Shown here in pieces: positions 17,566 to 24,000 of a stretch of 24,000 nt of DNA (position 1 is the first letter of the stretch; each line of letters starts with the position of its first letter). Both the position numbers and the translations under genes were made by a program. This DNA is from Paludibacter sp. GTDB taxonomy: Bacteria > Bacteroidota > Bacteroidia > Bacteroidales > Paludibacteraceae. The notes beneath the pieces were generated by a model that saw nothing but the letters and a program-made list of their open reading frames with translations, searched no databases and was not told where the DNA came from. Location of the stretch: the NCBI GenBank assembly GCA_028710895.1, contig JAQTTH010000002.1, positions 299,605-323,604 of the forward strand. Direction: 5' to 3'.

Positions 17566-18468
17566 CTATTTCCAAAGTGGCTCATTCTGCCAGTCATTTT
17601 TCATGCCTAATGCGTTGGGATCTACATTTGGGTATTTCTCGAAAAGGTTGTATAAGCATTTAGTAAAGCTGTTTTCAGGTTGTATAATATTCAGCAAATA
17701 TTTCATACAACACAAATGAACATATAGCTTTTGAAATTCATTTTCTGTAGGAACATCTGCCACCCATGCATAAGGTGGTTTGGGCAATAATTTAGGTCGT
17801 CCAGGCAAATTCCTATTCCAAAGCCTGCTGTGATGGGCGCAGTAATTGCGTATTTGTGCAATAGACTGCAACCAACTAGGTAGAAAGGTATGATTCACAG
17901 TCCCAAATTCTTTTGCAATAGTATCTTTTGAATCGATAGAATGTTTTAAATTGCCATATAATTTTGACAGACTCCCGAAACTGGTAAGTTCTAATGCTTT
18001 CCATGCTGGTGGAAATCGAGTATCATCTTTGTGCTTTTTTTTATGTTCTTGTATAAACGTGTCTTTAGATCTTGTAATCTCTTCGTCCATAGCAAAAAGC
18101 GTTTTAATCAGTTCGCGTGAATCACTAAAAATTGTAGTGTCCTGAAACCACCATGGACTTATTTCGAGAGATAAATGGTGAATTAATTTTGTGCGGAGAC
18201 TGATTTCAATCTTCTCGATAACATCAAAAAGAAGTGCTCTCAGTTCTCTATCAAAATTATAAAGAGCAATTACGTCACAAAACTTGCTTCCGGGTTTAAA
18301 AATATGATTCATTTTGTCTTCCTGCATTGGCCACCAATATCCGGCAAGGCGATAATAACTGATATGTGACAGGAGATGAACAGCATTGTCTGTTTCTTGT
18401 ACTTGCAAACCTCTTTGATTTAATTGGTCTATTTGTTCCTGAATGCTAAAAGCTCTTTTTTCAAACAT
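17566..18468 (-). CDS. abiF: Abi family protein (Abi_2 / AbiD-AbiF-like), predicted HEPN RNase toxin
   Basis: N-terminal IQEQIDQLNQRGLQV...HLLSHISYYRLAGYWWPMQ and LYNFDRELRALLFDVIEKIEISLRTKLIHHL; two HEPN motifs, R-TKLI-H and R-NYCA-H. Family call is firm; AbiF versus AbiD subfamily is not. Confidence 0.88.
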   Translation of the reverse strand: MFEKRAFSIQEQIDQLNQRGLQVQETDNAVHLLSHISYYRLAGYWWPMQEDKMNHIFKPGSKFCDVIALYNFDRELRALLFDVIEKIEISLRTKLIHHLSLEISPWWFQDTTIFSDSRELIKTLFAMDEEITRSKDTFIQEHKKKHKDDTRFPPAWKALELTSFGSLSKLYGNLKHSIDSKDTIAKEFGTVNHTFLPSWLQSIAQIRNYCAHHSRLWNRNLPGRPKLLPKPPYAWVADVPTENEFQKLYVHLCCMKYLLNIIQPENSFTKCLYNLFEKYPNVDPNALGMKNDWQNEPLWK

Positions 18469-18481
18469 AGATTTAAAGTAT

Positions 18482-18610
18482 AAAAAAACCTCTGCAAATT
18501 GCGTTGAAAACAGGCAACTTAAAGAGGTGAATTGTTGAAATGAAATGTATTAAAAGCAAAAGACACACCCTGGGACGCTGTTCTTATGGGTAGCGTGGTG
18601 TGTACTGTTG
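18482..18610 (-). ncRNA. Predicted structured RNA gene upstream of abi (candidate RNA antitoxin / AbiF-associated ncRNA)
   Basis: Own promoter; 5' hairpin ACACACC-ACGCT / AGCGT-(CCCAG)-GGTGTGT; 3' intrinsic terminator ACCTCT...TTGC/GCAA...AGAGGT-T7; no convincing ORF; ends about 14 nt before the abi ATG. Confidence 0.78.
18488..18528 (-). terminator. Intrinsic terminator between ncRNA and abi
   Basis: Minus: ACCTCT-TTAAG-TTGC-CTGTTTTCAAC-GCAA-TTTGC-AGAGGT followed by a T tract (plus-strand A run at 18482-18488). Confidence 0.75.
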
Positions 18611-18613
18611 GTG

Positions 18614-18644
18614 CAAAAGTACGAATAATTTTGAATATACCAAA
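18614..18644 (-). promoter_or_regulatory. Bacteroidetes promoter (TTTG-N19-TACTTTTG) driving the ncRNA/abi
   Basis: -33 TTTG at 18644-18641 and -7 TACTTTTG at 18621-18614 on the minus strand with 19-nt spacing. Confidence 0.8.
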
Positions 18645-18848
18645 ACAAATTACAAATTCTGAAGTGGACAGACTGCTAAAACTGTGTGAATGTATGGATA
18701 GAACCCTTTGTCCATTAGCTTTAACAGCATATTGACATGATATATAAATTGATGCGTTTATTGTTGCTTCTAACATATCTGTAAGATTATAAATAGTCTT
18801 TTAAAATAATTTAAAACTTAATATTATTAGATGTAGAAAAATAGTTTA

Positions 18849-19907
18849 TTAGATTTCCTCTAATTGTAAACCGTTTATCAAAATCAATAAAGCTTTGTTT
18901 TTGTCAATCATAGATTGAAGGCTTGGACTGAAATAACTTTGAATTTCCAGACTGGTTTTCTTTAATTTAAGTTCGGTAATAATAAAATCTGCAATATCTA
19001 ATCCATTGGCACGGTCAGTGTCGGTGGCTTCGTCTTCTAATAGTGTTGATACAGTGACTTTGCAATTACATTTTTCATGTATCTCAGCTGATTTAAAACT
19101 CCATTTTTCAAAAGCTCCTAAGTCTGGATATAACATTACATCTCGCCCTTTAAATACCTGACATTTTTCAATCGATAGACCATTTAGGGTTCCTGCAGCT
19201 AGCCAAATCATATCCGGCACAATGCAGCGGGCAATGATGGCTGATTTTTCGCTTTCCACTATTGCAACCTGTTTGTCAGGATAAATTTTCAAAAGGTGTT
19301 CCCCAAAGAAACATTGCTGTAGGTTGAAGTCTTCAAGGAGTTGTTTCTTTTGTTTGAGTTTGTTATGCACCCAATCAATTGCACCACTTTCGTGTTTTAT
19401 ACGTTTTCCGCTAGCAGGGTTATATTGCATGATTTTACCCGTTCGTACTTTGCCTGTAATGTCGATTTGCCAAAATATAACTTCTTTGTTTTTGGTTGCA
19501 CCTAAAGCATAGTTCTCAGCTACGCTGCGTATCTGTTCGTCTGAAAAATGGTCGAATAGAAAGCGTACAAAATTGCTTTTGTAGGAGACAGAATTTTCTA
19601 CAAACCTGAATGAAATAGACCCGGGTGGTTGCGGTGGGTTGACCTTCTTGATAATTTGATTTGATATATTAGACGAGGCATGCCTCGTCTCTACACCTAT
19701 TGATGGATTATCAATGTAATATTGCTTCGGGGTATAATGATAGCCGCATTTGCTTTCACGGTTGCATTTGCCAACGGTGTGATGAATGGGTTCATGTGTG
19801 TTGCCATCTAAATAGAGTGTGAAGCTTTGTTTAGTTTCACAGGATGGGCAGGTGTGGCGGGTGGCTTTACCTTTGTATTTTTGTAAATATGGTTGAGGAT
19901 AATTCAT
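18849..19907 (-). CDS. DUF6371 / CHC2 zinc finger-Toprim-like protein of Bacteroidetes mobile elements
   Basis: CPSCETKQSFTLYLDGNTHEPIHHTVGKCNRESKCGYHYTPKQYY; VAIVESEKSAIIA; NGLDIADFI. Track start 20027 is likely too far upstream; ATG at 19907-19905 (MNYPQPYLQKYKG) is the probable start. Confidence 0.8.
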   Translation of the reverse strand: MNYPQPYLQKYKGKATRHTCPSCETKQSFTLYLDGNTHEPIHHTVGKCNRESKCGYHYTPKQYYIDNPSIGVETRHASSNISNQIIKKVNPPQPPGSISFRFVENSVSYKSNFVRFLFDHFSDEQIRSVAENYALGATKNKEVIFWQIDITGKVRTGKIMQYNPASGKRIKHESGAIDWVHNKLKQKKQLLEDFNLQQCFFGEHLLKIYPDKQVAIVESEKSAIIARCIVPDMIWLAAGTLNGLSIEKCQVFKGRDVMLYPDLGAFEKWSFKSAEIHEKCNCKVTVSTLLEDEATDTDRANGLDIADFIITELKLKKTSLEIQSYFSPSLQSMIDKNKALLILINGLQLEEI

Positions 19908-19963
19908 TTCGCTTAGTTGATAATTAACAGTTAATAGTTGAGAATGTAGGATAGATTTATAAT

Positions 19964-20151
19964 GGTTGCGGTGTAAAATAGAGCGAAACCCTTTGTTGAA
20001 AGGAGTTGTAGCGATTATTGACCGCAACTAAGCAGTATTTTCAATGCGTTTTATTTTCTATTTTAGTTGCGGGGCAATTCTTCTGAAACCTTTACTGATA
20101 AAGGATTTCAGACGACCGCAACCGAAACACCGCAACCAAGGTGTTTTTTTT
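19964..20151. repeat. Structured intergenic region with repeated CCGCAAC motifs and several hairpins
   Basis: GGTTGCGGTGT (19964-19974) / ACACCGCAACC (20127-20137); CCGCAACTAA (20022-20031) / TTAGTTGCGG (20063-20072); TCTGAAACCTTT / AAAGGaTTTCAGA (20082-20112); AAACACC / GGTGTTT + T run (20125-20151). Confidence 0.65.
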
Positions 20152-21496
20152 ATTCGTTGCATAGTTTTGAAATGTATTGCCGGGTTAATCCAATGGAATC
20201 CGCAAAGGTTTGTTTGTTCTTGATCCCGTATTCCTTTTGAATTATTTTTATTGCTTCTACCGGTGTTGTTTTGGTCGCTGTTTCTATATTTTCAACACGA
20301 ATAATATTTGAATTAAAGTAATTACAGAGATTAATGGCGTATTGAATGGCCTCTTTTGATATCTGTACTTGCAACCACTCAGAATTATCGTATAAACCCC
20401 GGATAATTTGAATAATCAGGGAAATGCGGAGTACCTGAATTTCCATTTTTGCATACGTGGCACGGAGGAAATTGTTTGAACAACCATTTACCAAGTCTGC
20501 GGTATGATTAGCATATTCAATGAATAACACTTTTGCTTCAGGGGATAGAATAAACGGATTTTCCGATTTTGGCAAATAGTAGCAATGTTTGATTAATTCT
20601 TCGTACCGCTCCAACATGATTCTATTCGGAATTTTCTCAGAGTACTTTTGCTTTTTTATTTCTCTTGGGTATACATAAAGGAATCGGCTGGCAAAGCCGT
20701 TTTCTTTGAGGCTGTTGTTGTTTAAGGCAATGTCTAATACTTCGGGTTGAATAGTACCGCAAATGGTCATAAACGGTTCTGGAATTTGAAGCGGTTCTTC
20801 GCTCTTGCGATTGATACAAAACTGTGCATTATTGAAAATAGACAGATACCGGCTAATCTCTCCGCTTTTGTTGTATCTGCCAAAGTCGGCAAACCAACCA
20901 GACAACTCATCCCGGCATAAAGAAACAGCTCCATTGTTCCGAAACATAGTTTGATATAAACTCTCGGGCGTAAAGTCATCAATTAAACATTGTTTGTAGA
21001 ATGGTTTTTCGGGTTCCTGACTTTTGGTTTGTTTGGCTTCAGAACATTCTATTTTCCAATTGGCGAGTTCTACCTGATAGGCATCGTAACTCAAATTATC
21101 TAGTCGTTGCAATGGCCGAAAGGCAGCTGCCATGGGTTCAGACTTTCCAACGCCGGGAGGCGCGACGAACATCAACCAGAGTTGCCCAAAGTTTCGGTAC
21201 TTGCCACTGTCAACACTGAATTTCTTCCGGAGTGCAGAACTCACAGCACACAATGCTGATAAGACCGGGAATTCAATGGGTACACCATAGACCTCTGCAA
21301 CCTCTAATCCAAAATCAAGTATGACCTGAGGTAATCCACTAGTGGGAAATACTGTGTCATTTGCATTCAAATTCATGCTTTTGGTATGAATTTCAGCTTT
21401 GAGTTTCTGAATAAAGTTGGTAGTTTTGTTTTGCTCTTGGTTATTAGCCTCTTCGGATACTGCAAGGTTCGAAGGGGCTTCTTTTTTATTGATCAT
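20150..21496 (-). CDS. DUF3987 domain-containing protein (mobile-element primase/helicase-associated)
   Basis: VEVYGVPIEFPVLSALCAVSSALRKKF, LMFVAPPGVGKSEPMAAAFRPL (P-loop), SLCRDELSGWFADFGRY, ESRFLYVYP-like region. Confidence 0.85.
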   Translation of the reverse strand: MINKKEAPSNLAVSEEANNQEQNKTTNFIQKLKAEIHTKSMNLNANDTVFPTSGLPQVILDFGLEVAEVYGVPIEFPVLSALCAVSSALRKKFSVDSGKYRNFGQLWLMFVAPPGVGKSEPMAAAFRPLQRLDNLSYDAYQVELANWKIECSEAKQTKSQEPEKPFYKQCLIDDFTPESLYQTMFRNNGAVSLCRDELSGWFADFGRYNKSGEISRYLSIFNNAQFCINRKSEEPLQIPEPFMTICGTIQPEVLDIALNNNSLKENGFASRFLYVYPREIKKQKYSEKIPNRIMLERYEELIKHCYYLPKSENPFILSPEAKVLFIEYANHTADLVNGCSNNFLRATYAKMEIQVLRISLIIQIIRGLYDNSEWLQVQISKEAIQYAINLCNYFNSNIIRVENIETATKTTPVEAIKIIQKEYGIKNKQTFADSIGLTRQYISKLCNE

Positions 21497-21852
21497 TTTC
21501 TCACTTTTGTTGAAGATTTATGATAGTTGTCGTTCAATAACTTTTGAATATCAGACAATCTGTAGTAAATTTTACCACTGATTTGAGAATAACTAATCAA
21601 GCCCTGATCTCTCCACAACTGAGCAGTACGAACACTAATAGTCATCAGGTTCATAAATTCATCATTCGTAAAAAAAGGATCTTCAGGGATTTTCCTGTAT
21701 TCATTTAATCCGGTTATCAGACAGTCAAGTTTTTTCAGTAGAACCTCATGTTTCGTATTGACTTCTTTCAATGACTCGATGATTATTTCATCATCGAGCA
21801 TTTTCTTCCGTATATCGGCTTCAAACTTTTCGAAATGTTCTTTGAAATTCAT
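21493..21852 (-). CDS. Small helix-turn-helix (MerR/excisionase-like) protein, Xis2d-like
   Basis: FFTNDEFMNLMTISVRTAQLWRDQGLISYSQISGKIYYRLSDIQKLL; overlaps the downstream CDS by 4 nt. Confidence 0.8.
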   Translation of the reverse strand: MNFKEHFEKFEADIRKKMLDDEIIIESLKEVNTKHEVLLKKLDCLITGLNEYRKIPEDPFFTNDEFMNLMTISVRTAQLWRDQGLISYSQISGKIYYRLSDIQKLLNDNYHKSSTKVRK

Positions 21853-22235
21853 TTGTTATCCTTTCCGTTTGAAAATTGATTTTCTTTTTCTTCGATAAAT
21901 TCTTCGACAGTTTGAATGCGGTTAGCCAACAACCAGTTTTCAATTTCTTTTTTACGGAAAAGAACTTTTGCATTTCGTTTATAGAAAGGGATTTTCTTTT
22001 CGCAAATCATTTTGTTAATGGTGTTTACGGCGTAACCGGTTAATTTACTGCACTCATTCTTCCCAAATGTATCCGGGAAAGATTCTTGATTTGTTTGTAG
22101 TATAACCTGAGGTTTCACCATTTCTCCTAATAAATCTTTGAACTGGCCAATGGTTAGAGCTGCTAAGGGAGTTTCGTTTGTTGGTTGGAATTTTGTTTCC
22201 ATTTTGTTGATGTTTTTTGATTTTATGGAGGTCAA
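21849..22235 (-). CDS. Small helix-turn-helix (excisionase-like) protein, Xis2c-like
   Basis: FGKNECSKLTGYAVNTINKMICEKKIPFYKRNAKVLFRKKEIENWLL. Confidence 0.8.
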   Translation of the reverse strand: MTSIKSKNINKMETKFQPTNETPLAALTIGQFKDLLGEMVKPQVILQTNQESFPDTFGKNECSKLTGYAVNTINKMICEKKIPFYKRNAKVLFRKKEIENWLLANRIQTVEEFIEEKENQFSNGKDNK

Positions 22236-22265
22236 TAGCTGCGCAGTCTATTAGCTTTCCTACTG

Positions 22266-22273
22266 CAAATGTA
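22266..22273 (-). promoter_or_regulatory. Bacteroidetes -7 element (TACATTTG) upstream of the Xis-like genes
   Basis: Plus CAAATGTA equals minus TACATTTG; no convincing -33 TTTG at the expected spacing. Confidence 0.4.
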
Positions 22274-22317
22274 TCATCAAAAATATAAGCAGATACTATA
22301 AAATCATTGAAATTATT

Positions 22318-22413
22318 GGGTCGTGGCACGACTTCGGGGTGGGTCGGAGTGGGTCGTGCTTTTACTAAAAAAGCCTCATAATCGAGGCTTTAAATGGGTC
22401 GTGGTATGGGTCG
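22318..22413. repeat. Cluster of five direct GGGTCG motifs plus an internal GTCGTG-G-CACGAC palindrome
   Basis: GGGTCG at 22318, 22341, 22351, 22396, 22408; palindrome 22320-22332. Confidence 0.7.
22370..22391 (-). terminator. Intrinsic terminator downstream of rteC
   Basis: Minus: AAAGCCTC-GATTAT-GAGGCTTT followed by T's; lies about 30 nt past the rteC stop. Confidence 0.75.
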
Positions 22414-22418
22414 TATTT

Positions 22419-23513
22419 TTAGACGTTTTTTTTCTTTGAAATGGTAATAATTTGTTCTATATCTTTATACATTTTACCGGATTCGTAAATTTTACGCGTA
22501 GGCTTCACATATGTTTGAGTACAGAATGCTGTTTTTATTGTGGTTGAATTACTCTCTCCGCATAGATGTTGGATGATATTTGAAAGCAGGGTGTCTGATC
22601 CTTTCCACTTTAAAGGTTCGGGAATTCGAACACACTTTCGATTAAACCAGTAAAGCCAGATTTCTATGTTTGGCTTTTCCAACTTCTTTTTCTTATAAAG
22701 GTGATGCATGATATTAATTAAACACTCGTTAGAAAGTGTTGATTGAAATTTGGAGGATACTTGAGTTCCTGATTGATCTCCTTCCGGTAAAGAAATATAG
22801 GCGGTACCGATAGAAGTAGTCCCCCAATCCTTTTTACTCAAAGATTCATCTTTAGAAGAGTCAAAGATATATAAATTACGTTTCTGCATACGAGCTAGTT
22901 CTATAAGATCTACTTCGAAACAACAAAACAAATCAATCAATTTATCAATGAAATCTAAGTGGTTAATCAATCTGACAGATAGATCATAATCTGTAAATGC
23001 TGTTGAAAGATCTTTATTCTCAATCGAAAATTCAGCTATACTTCTACGGTCAAGAATAATCTCAAAAGCTTCTTTGTATTGCCTGTTACTTTCAGACTTT
23101 TCAAATTTCAGTTTGTGTACGTGACTTTTATCAAAGTCTCGCAATAAAACCTTTGCGTATGCAATTTGTGCTGCTTTAGTTTTTAGAACAAACAAATTAG
23201 ATTCAACTTCACAGATTACTTGTTTGTACAATTCAATATGATTCGAAAAGGTGTCTTGATTTAATTGATCTAAAAATTTATTAACCCATGTAAGATGATT
23301 AAAACGAAAATTATCAGTAAAATTAGTATAGTTCTCTTTGGTTGTCGTATGTATATACTTGTATGGCCCATAGGATATAATTAATTCTTTGAGTAAAGAA
23401 CTGTCTAACTGGTTGGTTTCAACATCAAATGCTTTAATCCAGGACAAATACAAAGACTCGGTAAGTAAATCAAAATCTGCAAGATAAATGTTTGTCAATT
23501 CGCGTTTAATCAT
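22419..23513 (-). CDS. rteC: RteC family protein (conjugative/mobilizable transposon excision regulator)
   Basis: YGPYKYIHTTTKENYTNFTDNFRFNHLTWVNKFLDQ; LNIIMHHLYKKKKLEKPNIEIWLYWFNRKCVRIP; typical RteC architecture and context. Confidence 0.82.
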   Translation of the reverse strand: MIKRELTNIYLADFDLLTESLYLSWIKAFDVETNQLDSSLLKELIISYGPYKYIHTTTKENYTNFTDNFRFNHLTWVNKFLDQLNQDTFSNHIELYKQVICEVESNLFVLKTKAAQIAYAKVLLRDFDKSHVHKLKFEKSESNRQYKEAFEIILDRRSIAEFSIENKDLSTAFTDYDLSVRLINHLDFIDKLIDLFCCFEVDLIELARMQKRNLYIFDSSKDESLSKKDWGTTSIGTAYISLPEGDQSGTQVSSKFQSTLSNECLINIMHHLYKKKKLEKPNIEIWLYWFNRKCVRIPEPLKWKGSDTLLSNIIQHLCGESNSTTIKTAFCTQTYVKPTRKIYESGKMYKDIEQIITISKKKNV

Positions 23514-23629
23514 AAATTTTCAAAATAATAGAGTTAGATAATGTGGAGAGATAAAACAAAAAATGACATGAGTTATCATGCCATTTAGAGAGATATTAAC
23601 GTATCAACTATATTTTTATTATGTGAAAA

Positions 23630-24000
23630 TTACAAAACTTTTGCAGCTTCGTCGATTTCTGTATTTGCGAAACTATCCAGATAGGTGTTTGTTGTTTTCA
23701 TGTCTTTGTGATCCATAATCTGTGAGATTAATTCACGCTTAACACCATTGTTTTGTAAAGTCATTGCCATAGTGTGACGGCTGACATACGAAGTTATATT
23801 GATATCAGCAATGCCGAGTTCTTTAGCCATCTCTTCGAGGTTGTCATTTATTACAGTCAATCTGTTATGAATGTGTTTGTATAATTTCTCTCCGGTATAT
23901 CCCTTTTTGGATACGATTGGCAATAGATAGTTTTCAATAGGTTTTTGCAGACTGCAAAGCTCATTTATGATCGTTTGCAGTTCTTCTGTGAGCTTTACAC
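23630..24000 (-). CDS. Tyrosine-type recombinase/integrase, C-terminal part (runs off window end)
   Basis: YVSRHTMAMTLQNNGVKRELISQIMDHKDMKTTNTYLDSF catalytic region (R-H...H...Y). The frame stays open past the track start to 24000 (VKLTEELQTIINELCSLQKPIENYLLPIVSKKGYTG). Confidence 0.9.
   Translation of the reverse strand, partial: VKLTEELQTIINELCSLQKPIENYLLPIVSKKGYTGEKLYKHIHNRLTVINDNLEEMAKELGIADINITSYVSRHTMAMTLQNNGVKRELISQIMDHKDMKTTNTYLDSFANTEIDEAAKVL

Noticed and set aside
18482-18610. Retron msr/msd or type III toxIN-style tandem repeat antitoxin
   Set aside because: No reverse transcriptase gene nearby for a retron, and no tandem repeats in the RNA as expected for ToxI.
18482-18610. tmRNA, 6S RNA or CRISPR repeat-like element
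   Set aside because: No tRNA-like ends or tag ORF, too short for tmRNA/6S, and no repeat-spacer periodicity here or elsewhere in the window.
18519-18776. 85-aa minus-strand ORF (MLEATINASIYISCQYAV...) upstream of abi as a small antitoxin protein
   Set aside because: It spans the predicted promoter and ncRNA, has low-complexity, non-domain-like composition, and does not match a known antitoxin; the structured RNA explains the region better.
19923-19935. ATTAACAGTTAAT palindrome as a specific operator
   Set aside because: AT-rich AACTGTTAAT-type sequences are commonly dispersed in Bacteroidetes intergenic DNA; too weak for a separate claim.
22054-22329. 91-aa ORF (MPRPNNFNDFIVSAYIF...)
   Set aside because: Overlaps the conserved HTH gene 21849-22235 out of frame and contains the putative promoter; no domain-like features.

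Overview
Window from a Bacteroidetes-type genome (inferred from TAnnTTTG promoters and gene families). (1) About 1-16100, almost entirely on the minus strand, is a long, tightly packed arsenosugar/arsenolipid-type locus: ArsM-like arsenite methyltransferase, ArsS-like radical SAM protein, peroxidase-like protein, TIGR04282-like glycosyltransferase, MIP channel, purine nucleoside phosphorylase, rhodanese, DUF547, 4Fe-4S membrane protein, FAD oxidoreductase, two GT2 glycosyltransferases, two tandem glycoside-hydrolase-like proteins and a sterol-desaturase-family enzyme. It faces a divergent MarR regulator across a perfect 12-bp-arm palindrome. (2) Sigma-70/zinc-finger-like anti-sigma pair. (3) An Abi_2 (AbiD/AbiF-like) protein with two R-x4-H HEPN motifs, preceded by a compact, self-contained non-coding RNA gene: a promoter (TTTG-N19-TACTTTTG), a 12-bp-stem hairpin and an intrinsic terminator ending about 14 nt before the abi ATG. 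This looks like a HEPN toxin with an RNA antitoxin (the family proposed as ancestral to Cas13) and is the most interesting item. (4) Part of an integrative/mobilizable element: DUF6371/Toprim-like protein, DUF3987 protein, two small HTH (Xis-like) proteins, RteC, and the C-terminal part of a tyrosine recombinase running off the window. It has two structured or repeat-rich intergenic regions.
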